This document shows, in pieces, positions 29,936-40,591 of a DNA stretch of 64,000 nt. Under the pieces are notes generated by a model that did not search any database, was not told the origin of the DNA, and saw only the letters and a program-made list of their open reading frames with translations. The stretch spans positions 5,523 to 69,522 of the forward strand of contig JAJWOH010000002.1 in the NCBI GenBank assembly GCA_021635485.1, in the 5' to 3' direction. The position numbers were made by a program, and so were the translations under genes. The stretch comes from Segatella copri (GTDB taxonomy: Bacteria > Bacteroidota > Bacteroidia > Bacteroidales > Bacteroidaceae). Each line of letters begins with the position of its first letter. Positions within the stretch are counted from its first letter, which is position 1.

Positions 29936-31266
29936 ATACATTAAAAAAAATAAAGAATAGGGCGTTAGTGATGAATACTGCTAAACTTTCTTCCAGCAAT
30001 ATCATCATGTATGTGTTACCAATCATAGTAACACCAATTTTGTCGCGCCTATACTCTCCTACCTGTTTTGGCGAATGGGGGGTATTTTCTTCAATTATAA
30101 CCATTGCTACAATTGTAATTTTCATGAGTTATGAAAACACAATTGTGAAAGCTAAGGAAGAAGAGATGCCTGTTATTCTAACCATCTGCGGACTCATAGG
30201 ATGTGGACTCGCCATTATGTTTACGCTCCTTATATTTTGTATTGAGAAAGCTCATATCTTCAATACCAACATTGGACAAGAAACAATTGTTTTTGCGTTA
30301 TATTTCATTGCATATATTCTGTATACCATAGCCTATAATATCAGCAACAGATATTCTAAATATACATCTTTATCTGTAGCTAATATTTTACAAGGTGTAA
30401 GTCAAGCTTTTTTCAGAATTACATTAGCATTTATGACTATTAGTGCGTTTAATGGCTTAATTTTCGGAACGACAATGGCAGAAATATTAACTGCAGGATT
30501 CTTAGCTTACATCGTACTACGACTGGTTATTAAATATAACTGGTCATCATGCACTCTTAAAAACATCAAGAGAGTTGTACTAAAATACAAAAAATTTCCA
30601 TTATATGATGCACCAGCTAACTTGTTGGCTTTCTCCGCATTGAGTCTACCAACTATTATTTTGGCAGCCTTTTATACGAAATCAGCAATAGGAAGTCTTT
30701 CTATCATATTCCAATTGCTCTTGATGCCTATGTCGTTTGTAGGTTCATCATTAGGAAAGGTATATTATCAAGAACTTTGCCAAAAAGATACAACCCAACA
30801 AAAAATTGCAGAAACAACCAACACCCTCTTTAGGTTTCTAGGGATTCTGGCAATTCTTCCACTTCTATTCATCTGTTGCGGTGGTGACCAAACAATTGTA
30901 TGTTTTTTAGGTGAAGGATGGGAAACAGCTGGTGATATTGCGATCTGCTTATCTTTATGGTCTTTTCCTATTGTTCTAACACAACCTTTATTGCCCATAT
31001 TCAGAGTATTAAATGTACAGAATGTTCAACTACGATATGACATAATATATTTCATTGCAGGTATTGGAGTTCTTACGGTATGCAGCATAAACTCAATAAG
31101 CTTAACGACAACCCTTTTCTGCTATGCCCTTGCATGTACTTTGAGTAAGTTGGCTCTATTAAAGAAGATTATTTCATTGACTCATAGCAGACTTCTCAAT
31201 AGAAGAATACTGTTGTTATGGACTATATGTATACTTATATTAATGGTAAGATTATATAATTTATGA
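29932..31266 (+). CDS. wzx: Oligosaccharide flippase
   Basis: PILSRLYSP-x-x-FG, YKKFP, FLGEGWETAG; about 12 TM; TTG start overlaps the upstream stop. Confidence 0.85.
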   Translation: MNTLKKIKNRALVMNTAKLSSSNIIMYVLPIIVTPILSRLYSPTCFGEWGVFSSIITIATIVIFMSYENTIVKAKEEEMPVILTICGLIGCGLAIMFTLLIFCIEKAHIFNTNIGQETIVFALYFIAYILYTIAYNISNRYSKYTSLSVANILQGVSQAFFRITLAFMTISAFNGLIFGTTMAEILTAGFLAYIVLRLVIKYNWSSCTLKNIKRVVLKYKKFPLYDAPANLLAFSALSLPTIILAAFYTKSAIGSLSIIFQLLLMPMSFVGSSLGKVYYQELCQKDTTQQKIAETTNTLFRFLGILAILPLLFICCGGDQTIVCFLGEGWETAGDIAICLSLWSFPIVLTQPLLPIFRVLNVQNVQLRYDIIYFIAGIGVLTVCSINSISLTTTLFCYALACTLSKLALLKKIISLTHSRLLNRRILLLWTICILILMVRLYNL

Positions 31267-32579
31267 AGCAAATATTAAACATCATATTTTCATCTAATAA
31301 TAGACTAAGCAACATCTTGTTGGCAGCCATCTATTCACTTGTATATGATTACATGTACGAGAATTTCGTCTATAAGCTGTTCTATTATATTGGAAGACTC
31401 GATTATGAGCCAATGACAGTAGAGAGAGGTATTATATGGATACTTCTCTCTAGCCTCCCTTTAGCTGAATACAAAGGAATAAATAAAATATCATCATTCT
31501 TTAGTTTATTTCTTTACTTATTTGTATATATACCATTTATACATGCCATTATGGTATTATATAATATAAGTGATATGCAAACTTATTCATATAGCCTAGT
31601 TATGTTTATCTTTATGATTCTTTATTTCAAAATAGGCAATGAATGGACACCAATTAAAAACATCTTAGTGAAGCCTCAACTTCCTTTTAAGTTCATAGAG
31701 TTCATAACTGTAATGCTCACTATAGCATTTGTTGCAATTGCGCACGACCATATGCATTTTGTCAACATTTTTACAGAATCTTCTCAACTATATGAATTAA
31801 GAAGCGAAAATTCAGAAGCAGAATCACTTGGTGGAATTGGCTACCTTCAAGGATGGCTTTTTGGAGCCTTTTATCCATTTGTATTAGTTCATTACTTAGA
31901 CCAAAAAAAATGGATAAAAGTATCAATGGCTCTCTTTGGATATATCGTATTATTTATGGTTGATATGCAAAAAATGACTTTTTTAATGCCATTTGCATTG
32001 ATAGTACTCTATCAAATTACACGACTCAATGAAAAGAAAGTTAGCTTCTATTTACATTCATATATCATGATTGCAATCATTTGTTTTTCATGTATTGTTT
32101 ACGTATTACAAGATAGTGAGCTAATATTTACTATCGCAGCTATATTATTATTAAGAACTGTATGCGTAGCTGGTTGGCTAACACAACTTTACGTGCATTT
32201 TTTCAACGAAAATCCATATACATACTATTCACATATCAATGTGGTAAACTTCGTCACGCAGAATTATCCATACTCCGCACCTCTAGGCAAAGCGGTAGCT
32301 TATGGTTCTCAAAATGCGAACGCTAATTTCTTTCTCACAGACGGCATCGCTGCAGGTGGTCTTCAGGGAATATGTATTATTGGTATTTTCTTTTTAGCTC
32401 TGCTTATCATCATCAATTCGATTACAGCAAGATACAAGAAGACTGACATGTTTGTATTGTTTATGCCAACTATAGCATTCTTCTTAAATACATCGATATT
32501 TACAACAATGTTATCAAATGGATTATTACCATTAATATTGATTGTTGCATGTACAAATCTAAAATATAACAATAAATAG
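31263..32579 (+). CDS. Polytopic membrane protein, probable Wzy polymerase
   Basis: About 10-11 TM helices with a large loop; position between wzx and glycosyltransferases. Confidence 0.65.
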   Translation: MKQILNIIFSSNNRLSNILLAAIYSLVYDYMYENFVYKLFYYIGRLDYEPMTVERGIIWILLSSLPLAEYKGINKISSFFSLFLYLFVYIPFIHAIMVLYNISDMQTYSYSLVMFIFMILYFKIGNEWTPIKNILVKPQLPFKFIEFITVMLTIAFVAIAHDHMHFVNIFTESSQLYELRSENSEAESLGGIGYLQGWLFGAFYPFVLVHYLDQKKWIKVSMALFGYIVLFMVDMQKMTFLMPFALIVLYQITRLNEKKVSFYLHSYIMIAIICFSCIVYVLQDSELIFTIAAILLLRTVCVAGWLTQLYVHFFNENPYTYYSHINVVNFVTQNYPYSAPLGKAVAYGSQNANANFFLTDGIAAGGLQGICIIGIFFLALLIIINSITARYKKTDMFVLFMPTIAFFLNTSIFTTMLSNGLLPLILIVACTNLKYNNK

Positions 32580-32584
32580 ATATA

Positions 32585-33709
32585 ATGGATATGAAACAGA
32601 ATCCCAAAATATGTATGATTACCAATATTGGACCTCACTACAGATATCCTATATTTGAGAAAATTTCAAAAGAATTAGGCTGTGACTTTTATCTAGGTGA
32701 CAAAGTATATTTGCCTATTAAGACATTTAACTATAAAGATTTGTCTGGATATAAAGCTACCCTGACGAATCATTTTTTTGGCAAATTTTATTGGCAATCG
32801 AATTCCATCAAATTATTATTCAAGAAATACAATACATATATTCTTGATGGAGAGCCATATTGCTTGTCTTCATGGGTAATATTAGCTATTAGCAAATTAC
32901 TTAGCAAGCATACTATTGCATGGACTCATGGATGGTATGGTAGAGAAAGTAGATTAAAGAAAATTTTGAAAATAGTTTTCTTTAACTTACATACAAAGCT
33001 ATTAGTATATAATGAATATTCGATACGCTTGATGGAACAAGAAGCTGGCATATCTCCACAAAAAATGTATTGTATAGCCAACTCCATGGACTCAGACTTA
33101 GAAATGAAAGTAAGAACCAAGCTCAAGGATACAGATATATATCATAATCACTTTAACAATAATTATCCAACAATTATCTATTGTGGTAGAATACAAAAAT
33201 GGAAAAAGCTGGATATGATTTTAGACTGTATGGAAAGTTTAAATCAAGAAGGCAACCCCATTAATGTTGTTTTTGTTGGAAAAGATGTTGATAATGTTGG
33301 GTTAGACATCATTGCAAAACGTAAAAGACTCGATAAACAAGTTTGGTTATATGGACCATGCTATGACGACATGTTACTAGGAGAATTATTCTATAATGCA
33401 TATGCCTGCGTTTCTCCCGGCAATGTTGGATTAACAGCAATCCATGCCTTATCTTTCGGTTGTCCAATCATAACACATAATAATTTTGCATACCAAAATC
33501 CTGAGTTCGAAGCAATCATTCCTGGAATTACTGGAGATTTCTTCGAAATGGACAATGCTAAAGATTTGAAAAACAAAATTGAAATGTGGACACAAAAAGA
33601 TGTAATTTCACGTAATAAAACGAGAATTGAAGCGTTTAAAGAGATAGACAGAAAATGGAACATAAATTATCAAATTAAAATAATTAAAGAGGCAGTTAAT
33701 GATAAATAA
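32585..33709 (+). CDS. Glycosyltransferase family 4
   Basis: WTHGWYG, YCGRIQKWKK, SPGNVGLTAIHALSFG. Confidence 0.85.
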   Translation: MDMKQNPKICMITNIGPHYRYPIFEKISKELGCDFYLGDKVYLPIKTFNYKDLSGYKATLTNHFFGKFYWQSNSIKLLFKKYNTYILDGEPYCLSSWVILAISKLLSKHTIAWTHGWYGRESRLKKILKIVFFNLHTKLLVYNEYSIRLMEQEAGISPQKMYCIANSMDSDLEMKVRTKLKDTDIYHNHFNNNYPTIIYCGRIQKWKKLDMILDCMESLNQEGNPINVVFVGKDVDNVGLDIIAKRKRLDKQVWLYGPCYDDMLLGELFYNAYACVSPGNVGLTAIHALSFGCPIITHNNFAYQNPEFEAIIPGITGDFFEMDNAKDLKNKIEMWTQKDVISRNKTRIEAFKEIDRKWNINYQIKIIKEAVNDK

Positions 33710-34487
33710 TAATTTCTATTTAAGTTTTAGAACTTGGATACGTAATCGTATTTTAGATTTACTGGGAAGTTTCTCAGTACCTCAACCTGGTATACATATT
33801 TTAAATGGTCATCGTATACAAGAAGAACTGGAACCAGACACATTTAGAATTCTTCTAGAAGAAATGGCTAAATATGTATCTTTCGTAAAAGTTGAAGATG
33901 CAGTACAAATGATAATCAATAAAGAAATGCCAACAAAACCAATCGTGGCATTTACATTTGATGATGGTTTTATGGATTGTTACAATATTTTTGCACCAGT
34001 TCTAGAGGAATTTGGTGTAAACGCATTGTTTTTCATCAATCCGAACTATGTAGATGGAGATGATAAATACATTACTCATTTTGACAATAAGGTGGTAATG
34101 ACACCTAACAAAATGCCTATGAGATGGTCTCATCTTGAGGAATTAGCGAAGAGAGGACATATTATAGGTGCTCATACAATGGATCATTATATGGTCAATA
34201 GCACAAACGAGACAATTCTTAAGTACCAAATAGAAACCTGCAAAGGCATTATTGAAAATAAGCTAGGTAAACCTTGTGCATACTTTGCCTTTCCATATGG
34301 TAAGTTAACACAGGCTAATGAGATTTCAATTAATATAGCAGCCAACAAATATAAATTTGTCTTTTCTCAATCAGATTATAAGAACTACTTCTCATTTGAT
34401 GGGAAAGTAATAAACAGAAGGCATTTTGAACCATTTTGGCCGAAAAAACATGTCTTTTATTTTTTAAGTTGCAATAAAAAATATTAA
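33699..34487 (+). CDS. Polysaccharide deacetylase (CE4/NodB-like)
   Basis: FTFDDG, GAHTMDH, FAFPYG. Confidence 0.88.
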   Translation: MINNNFYLSFRTWIRNRILDLLGSFSVPQPGIHILNGHRIQEELEPDTFRILLEEMAKYVSFVKVEDAVQMIINKEMPTKPIVAFTFDDGFMDCYNIFAPVLEEFGVNALFFINPNYVDGDDKYITHFDNKVVMTPNKMPMRWSHLEELAKRGHIIGAHTMDHYMVNSTNETILKYQIETCKGIIENKLGKPCAYFAFPYGKLTQANEISINIAANKYKFVFSQSDYKNYFSFDGKVINRRHFEPFWPKKHVFYFLSCNKKY

Positions 34488-34488
34488 A

Positions 34489-35712
34489 ATGACCAAGCTA
34501 CTACAAATTAATATTACTGCAAATTGGGGGTCTCATGGAAAGATTGCTGAAGGCATAGGCAAACTTGCAATTTCAAAAGGCTGGGATAGCTACATTGCTT
34601 ATGGCAGATGGAGCAATCCTAGTACATCTGTTCTATATCATATAGGTAGTATGATTGATGAAAGAATACATGGCGTTTTTTCACGAATCTTCGACAATCA
34701 TGGTTTAATGTCAAAACATGCAACAAAGAATCTTATCAAATTTATAGAGGAGATTGACCCAGACATAATCCATCTCCACAATATACATGGATATTATTTA
34801 AACTATCCCATGTTGATGAACTATTTAGCTAGAAGCAACAAAATTGTTGTTTGGACCCTACATGATTGTTGGCCGTATACCGGTCATTGCGCACATTATA
34901 TGTATGTAAAATGTAACAAATGGCAAAAGCATTGTCATAATTGTATACAAAAAAATGCATATCCATGCTCACTACTTTATGATCATTCTAGCAGAAATTA
35001 TTCGCTCAAGAAGAAGTATTTTCTTTTAATTCCAAAGCTTACCATCGTTCCTGTTAGCAAATGGCTGGAAAATGAATTACAAAAATCATTTTTAAGTTCA
35101 ATTCCATGCCATCAAATATATAACGGAATCAATCTAGATGTTTTCAAGCCTTCCTTTAATATTAACATCCGAAAACAATTTGAAATTTCAGAAAGCACTA
35201 AGATAATTCTCGGTATTGCCTCAAATTGGTATAGGAAAGGTCTGGAAGATTTCATAAAACTGGCAGGTATGGTATCTAGCGAATACAAAATCATATTGGT
35301 GGGAATAAACAAAAATGACAAGAAACTTATTCCTGCAAACATCATTACAATTACACGCACTGAAAACATCGATGAACTAAGAAATATATACACTCAAGCA
35401 AACGTGTATTTTAATCCTACACAAGAGGATAATTTTCCAACGACTAATATAGAATCACTTGCCTGCGGTACACCTGTCGTTACTTATAATACAGGTGGAA
35501 GTCCAGAGGCAATCGATTCCAAGACGGGATTTGTAATAATAGATAATAACCTCTTAAAAGCAAAAGAATGTATTGAGCAAATTTGTTGTTCTGAAAGTTC
35601 TGATAATTTTTCAGTTGCTTGCAGAGAACGAGCCATAAAACTATATAATATGTCAGCTAGATTCGAAGAGTACTTTAACTTGTACGAACGTTTATTGAAA
35701 AAAGACAAATAA
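34489..35712 (+). CDS. Glycosyltransferase family 4 (WcaC-like)
   Basis: HLHNIHGYY, WTLHDCWPYTGHC, EDNFPTTNIESLACGTPV. Confidence 0.9.
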   Translation: MTKLLQINITANWGSHGKIAEGIGKLAISKGWDSYIAYGRWSNPSTSVLYHIGSMIDERIHGVFSRIFDNHGLMSKHATKNLIKFIEEIDPDIIHLHNIHGYYLNYPMLMNYLARSNKIVVWTLHDCWPYTGHCAHYMYVKCNKWQKHCHNCIQKNAYPCSLLYDHSSRNYSLKKKYFLLIPKLTIVPVSKWLENELQKSFLSSIPCHQIYNGINLDVFKPSFNINIRKQFEISESTKIILGIASNWYRKGLEDFIKLAGMVSSEYKIILVGINKNDKKLIPANIITITRTENIDELRNIYTQANVYFNPTQEDNFPTTNIESLACGTPVVTYNTGGSPEAIDSKTGFVIIDNNLLKAKECIEQICCSESSDNFSVACRERAIKLYNMSARFEEYFNLYERLLKKDK

Positions 35713-35716
35713 AAAC

Positions 35717-35759
35717 AAGCTTGTTAAGTCAAGTCTCTATAACTTGACTTAACAAGCTT
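35717..35759. terminator. Perfect 18-bp inverted repeat between convergent genes
   Basis: AAGCTTGTTAAGTCAAGT-ctctata-ACTTGACTTAACAAGCTT. Confidence 0.75.
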
Positions 35760-35789
35760 ATACCAGCCTTCCACGTAAGAGCAATACTT

Positions 35790-36845
35790 TCAATTTGTGG
35801 TATTAATTCCAAACCTATAACCTCCTCTAAATGAGACAACCGAATCCTTAGGAACCAGAACACCATCACGTTTCGATATAAGATTAAAATATGACTTATT
35901 TGCAGACTCAGAAGAGGCATTATACGAATCATCATTAAAATTACAAGTACCTAGGCCATATTTTAAATCCATAAACACATCAAAGTAATACTTTGAATTA
36001 AATTGCCTTATTGCATATACATTTTTATCAGCACGAACAACTTGAGCTTTATTATAGGCATTATTATCTTTTTCTGATCCTAAAAATTGTATCATGTCAA
36101 AATCATTATAAAAACAAAGCCCATTTACCTGATATAGTAAAACATCTTCAAGCGGAATAAGATTTATATCTATATTATAGTCTCCTCCACTGCAAGTAAG
36201 GATAATGACTTGTTTCATTATATATCGTCCTGTACCATCTATTTTTTCGGTATTTGAGCCTTGAATCAAATTTTCAACAATAACTTTCACACTATCTGCA
36301 TAAACTGAGGTATTTGGGAGTAGCTCTACTCCATCAGCATATACTTTCTTAGAAATCTCATACATTGTAGGTGAAAAATTCCCAGACGTTTCACTATTAT
36401 AACCATGAAATCCACCCGTAAACTTATCAGAAGTATCGAAATCTCCGTTTACATTATGAGTTGCACACAGCCTCATCGCAACTATATAATCTGTATCATG
36501 CCCTGCTAGATATTGACAAGAATCACCATAAAAAGAAATTTGCTCATTTCCACCAGTCAACAAATACAAAGATTTAAAGTCAAAGTTTTGGTTTATAGTA
36601 TTTGACTTGTTACCGAAACACATACCATAATCATGCATATCAGATAAATGCTGATTAATGAAGATATCAGCACATGGATGTACATTTGGCAGAAATTCAT
36701 TAGATGATACAATATATGAAATTAAAATCCGCTTAGAATGTACAGGTGGACGATTTTCATCTGTAAAATCTGTAGTTCCACGACATCCTAATAAGCTAAA
36801 AGTAACTATTAGCAGACAAACTATATATATATATGTTATTCTCAT
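35790..36845 (-). CDS. Hypothetical lipoprotein
   Basis: 351-aa ORF in AT-rich DNA; hydrophobic leader with lipobox LLG-C; no recognised domain. Confidence 0.7.
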   Translation of the reverse strand: MRITYIYIVCLLIVTFSLLGCRGTTDFTDENRPPVHSKRILISYIVSSNEFLPNVHPCADIFINQHLSDMHDYGMCFGNKSNTINQNFDFKSLYLLTGGNEQISFYGDSCQYLAGHDTDYIVAMRLCATHNVNGDFDTSDKFTGGFHGYNSETSGNFSPTMYEISKKVYADGVELLPNTSVYADSVKVIVENLIQGSNTEKIDGTGRYIMKQVIILTCSGGDYNIDINLIPLEDVLLYQVNGLCFYNDFDMIQFLGSEKDNNAYNKAQVVRADKNVYAIRQFNSKYYFDVFMDLKYGLGTCNFNDDSYNASSESANKSYFNLISKRDGVLVPKDSVVSFRGGYRFGINTTN

Positions 36846-36896
36846 CTCAGATTACCAATTTTATACAACATTATATCAATCCACAAATTCACCAAA

Positions 36897-37649
36897 TTAT
36901 ATTTTATATTCGAATATCTTATACAAATACTTCAAGCAGATAAGCAAGGAGTTTGTATAAACCCCATTGTCCCGACAAGCCTTTACGTCTTCCCTGATAA
37001 GAGTAAGGCGGCTTCTCACATTACTGTTGCTGGCACCACCAGTACGCATAGTGACAAAGTCTTTGGCTATGTACTTAGCCGTAATCTTCTGCTTCTTGAA
37101 AAGGCGTACCATCATCTCGTAATCGGCACCTATCTTATAGTCTAAGCGATAGAGACCTGATTTGGCAAAAACTTCTCTTCGGCAATAGAAGGATGGGTGG
37201 GCTGGCATAAAACCAAACCTCAGCCAAAATGGGCTGAACATTTTAGATGAATAATATCTCACACATTTGCCTAAATCAGCATCATGAACAAAATGAATAT
37301 CACCATAAACAGCATCTACAGAATGAGTCACGAAATTATCAGCTACTGTCTGCAATACATTTTCATCCGTATAGAAATCATCAGAATTCAAGATTCCAAT
37401 TATATCTCCAGCAGACATTTTTATACCTTTATTCATGGCATCATAAATACCTTTATCTTTTTCAGATACCCATTTCAATCTACCAGAGAATTCTGATTCA
37501 TAACTTTTCACTATATCAATGGTTTCATCTGTTGATCCTCCATCAATAATGAGATATTCAAAATCTTTATTTGTTTGACGTAATACAGACTGTATCGTAT
37601 CATTTATTGTATTGGCACTATTATATGTTGCAGTTATTATCGAAATCAT
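36897..37649 (-). CDS. Glycosyltransferase family 2 (WcaE-like)
   Basis: ISIITATYNS, IDGGSTD, KGIYDAMNKG, LNSDD, PAHPSF. Confidence 0.92.
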   Translation of the reverse strand: MISIITATYNSANTINDTIQSVLRQTNKDFEYLIIDGGSTDETIDIVKSYESEFSGRLKWVSEKDKGIYDAMNKGIKMSAGDIIGILNSDDFYTDENVLQTVADNFVTHSVDAVYGDIHFVHDADLGKCVRYYSSKMFSPFWLRFGFMPAHPSFYCRREVFAKSGLYRLDYKIGADYEMMVRLFKKQKITAKYIAKDFVTMRTGGASNSNVRSRLTLIREDVKACRDNGVYTNSLLICLKYLYKIFEYKI

Positions 37650-37808
37650 TATTAAATGTATTAATTAATATTCCATTTGTTTATATTATATATAACTAAC
37701 TTTTCAACATATTATTGCTTTAAATGATATTTTAAAACTACATTTCTCAAGAATTATCCCCAAAAGGTTTATACAACAGAAAAGCACATGCTTACTTCAC
37801 CATTTCAT

Positions 37809-39371
37809 TCACAGTTTCCTCCAATCTATCAGCCCCCTACTCTCTCTGTCAAACTCAAGAGCAAGTGAGATAACAGGTTTGGAAGATGCAGCATAGGCAT
37901 CAGCATAATGACGAGAAACGATTTGATGTGAGGCTGAAACAACGCCGCCATTATCTGACATCTTAAGTTCCAAAATGTAGATATTTTCTGAAGTTTCAAC
38001 TGCCAAATCTATTCTACCTGCAGACATCTGCTGCTCCTCTGAGACCTTAAAGCCACAGAGATAGAAAATGTTCTTCAGAATAAAACGTAAATGCTCCTCA
38101 AAAACAAAGATTTCTTTCTTTTGAGTGCTATAAGGAGTACCAGCTACCAACTGCTTAAGACAAAGCATACTCCTATCGATATTAGCAGCTAGCATCGAAA
38201 TCTTTAATTCTTGAATAGCATTGCTTACTTGCGAAGACTCCTTATGCAAGATTATCGGAAGAATCATACCAAACATCGCATTTCGGACTTCTCGGTTAGG
38301 ATAACCTAACATATAACTGCTACCTACTACCTTTTTGATTGTAAGATAACCGGACTGATAAAGGAAGAGTTTTGGATCATTCATATTGACATCACTCATT
38401 TCCAAATAGTCAGAATCAATCAAACAATTGTCCAGCTCAGGAATCTCGTTGATGAATTTACGCAAGACCTTGAGCAACATTTCGTTGGAACCAGAAGCTA
38501 TCCAATAAGAATTTAGGCGCAGATTAGCCAAGGCATTACATACACTAAAAGGATTGTAAACACCGACGAGACTACGAGAGAAATGATAGCCATCATAGAT
38601 AGAACTCATTGTATCCATAAGGGCACTCTTCGTGATAGCATAGTTATCTGCCAATTCAGATAGCTGTTCTGAAAAATAGAACTGAATTTCATCTTTAGTC
38701 AAACCACATATTGTTGCATACTCATTCCTAAAACTGACATTAGTTAATGTATTAAGCATACTAAACAAACTTATCTGAGTAAACTTAGTAATGCCAGTAA
38801 TAAAGACGCACTTGATGCAGTAACCATAGTCTTTTAACCCTGTAAAGAAGTTACGATATATCTCACGGCATGCATCATGATGATTGGTTTCATAGGTATG
38901 CTGCAAAGGAACATCATACTCATCTACTATAATGGCTATCTGTACTCCCGCCTGTTCGTATGCTCTCTGAATGATACCATTTAAACGATTACCTAAAGAC
39001 TGCTCATCTGGATTTCTGCCATATATCTTCTCGTATGAAGACAATACATTGTTCAAATATTCTGTAAGCGTCTGTGCAGAAGAACCACCCAAACTCATAC
39101 TGAAATAGATTACAGGACGTTTTACCCACTCCGATTCAAGTTCCATCATTTTGAGACCTTCAAAGAGTTCCTTCCTACCCTCAAAATAACACTTAAGGGT
39201 AGAGCACAAAAGAGACTTACCGAAACGGCGTGGACGGCTCAAGTAATTGTATTTAGTACCATTAGCCAGTTTCCAAACCATATCAGTCTTATCAGCATAG
39301 ATATAATAATCTCTACGCATCTCTTCAAAATCCTGTATGCCTAAAGGCAATTTTCTATTCAGTTGCGTCAT
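37809..39371 (-). CDS. AAA-ATPase-like protein with C-terminal PD-(D/E)XK nuclease domain
   Basis: LPLGIQDF start; Walker A RPRRFGKS; Walker B IVDEYD; YDGYHF; GRIDL...ILELK; own promoter TTTG-N20-TATATTTG (39420-39389, - strand). Confidence 0.88.
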   Translation of the reverse strand: MTQLNRKLPLGIQDFEEMRRDYYIYADKTDMVWKLANGTKYNYLSRPRRFGKSLLCSTLKCYFEGRKELFEGLKMMELESEWVKRPVIYFSMSLGGSSAQTLTEYLNNVLSSYEKIYGRNPDEQSLGNRLNGIIQRAYEQAGVQIAIIVDEYDVPLQHTYETNHHDACREIYRNFFTGLKDYGYCIKCVFITGITKFTQISLFSMLNTLTNVSFRNEYATICGLTKDEIQFYFSEQLSELADNYAITKSALMDTMSSIYDGYHFSRSLVGVYNPFSVCNALANLRLNSYWIASGSNEMLLKVLRKFINEIPELDNCLIDSDYLEMSDVNMNDPKLFLYQSGYLTIKKVVGSSYMLGYPNREVRNAMFGMILPIILHKESSQVSNAIQELKISMLAANIDRSMLCLKQLVAGTPYSTQKKEIFVFEEHLRFILKNIFYLCGFKVSEEQQMSAGRIDLAVETSENIYILELKMSDNGGVVSASHQIVSRHYADAYAASSKPVISLALEFDRESRGLIDWRKL

Positions 39372-39487
39372 ATTGTCTCATTTTTCTGCAAATATACTCC
39401 TTTTATATGAAACAGCCAAACATTTTTTATGTTTTATACAATATTCACGCACCTTTTCAGTTTATATAATAAAATGAAGATATAAAT

Positions 39488-40591
39488 ATGTTTACAGAAA
39501 TATTACCAATCATAGGAGCATTCATACTGAGCATGACATGTGGTATGTTTTTCATTCCAACGGTGCTGAAATTTTGTAAGAAGAAAAAGTTGTATGATAT
39601 TCCAACCCTAAGAAAAGTGCATAGCGCACCCATACCACGATTGGGTGGCATTGCATTCATACCAAGCATGATGATTTCAGCTGTGGCAGTATTGCTTATC
39701 ATAGCTACAAATAATATTCAAGACAAAATCTCGCTCAGTATGTGGAGCGTAGGTTTTATCTTGAGTCTGTCGATTATCTACTCTGTAGGAATCATTGACG
39801 ATTTAATCGGTCTTAATGCTAAAGTGAAATTTGCCGCTCAAATTCTCGCTGCCAGCATCATGCCTATATGTGGGCTCCAGATTAATGACCTCTATGGTTT
39901 GTTTGGTATTTACGAGATACCTTCGAGTATTGGTATTCCTCTCACAATCTTTACATTTGTATTCATAGATAATGCACTCAATCTGATAGATGGCATTGAT
40001 GGATTGGCAACAAGTCTCTCCATCATTGCTCTGCTTGGTTTCTTCTATTGTTTCATACCATACAACCTGATTGCTTATGAAGTAATGATTGCAGGTTTGG
40101 TTGGCGTACTGACAGTATACCTATATTATAATATGTGGGGGAAAGTAGAAAAAGGAACCAAGATATTCATGGGTGATTCGGGCAGCTTAACGTTGGGATT
40201 CTTCTTGGCATTCCTATTTGTCAAAGCAATTGCCGTAAATCCCAATATTATGCCAATGTCTCCAAAACGCGTACTGATTGCATACAGTTTGCTCATCATA
40301 CCTACTTTTGATGTCGTACGAGTAGTGTTACATCGCATCAGAAACAGGAAACCAATCTTTGATGCAGACAAAAGCCACATACATCACAAGATACTGGCTA
40401 TGGGATATAACCAACACTATACGTTATTCTTTATCATCCTACTAACCCTAACTTTCGTTGGCACCAACGTAATACTTGGCAATATGAATGTAGGATTAAC
40501 AGGTATCCTACTTATCGATATAGCCCTCTATACGATGCTACACATCGGTATCAATCAAAAAATCAAACTAAAGAAAAAAGTAGAGAAATGA
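39488..40591 (+). CDS. MraY/WecA-family undecaprenyl-phosphate sugar-1-phosphate transferase
   Basis: RKVH-x-x-PIPRLGG, GIIDD, NLIDGIDG, FMGDSGS, HIHH. Confidence 0.9.
   Translation: MFTEILPIIGAFILSMTCGMFFIPTVLKFCKKKKLYDIPTLRKVHSAPIPRLGGIAFIPSMMISAVAVLLIIATNNIQDKISLSMWSVGFILSLSIIYSVGIIDDLIGLNAKVKFAAQILAASIMPICGLQINDLYGLFGIYEIPSSIGIPLTIFTFVFIDNALNLIDGIDGLATSLSIIALLGFFYCFIPYNLIAYEVMIAGLVGVLTVYLYYNMWGKVEKGTKIFMGDSGSLTLGFFLAFLFVKAIAVNPNIMPMSPKRVLIAYSLLIIPTFDVVRVVLHRIRNRKPIFDADKSHIHHKILAMGYNQHYTLFFIILLTLTFVGTNVILGNMNVGLTGILLIDIALYTMLHIGINQKIKLKKKVEK

Noticed and set aside
35717..35759. Transposon end or inversion site
   Set aside because: The arms are only 7 nt apart and I found no partner copy; position between convergent genes fits a terminator
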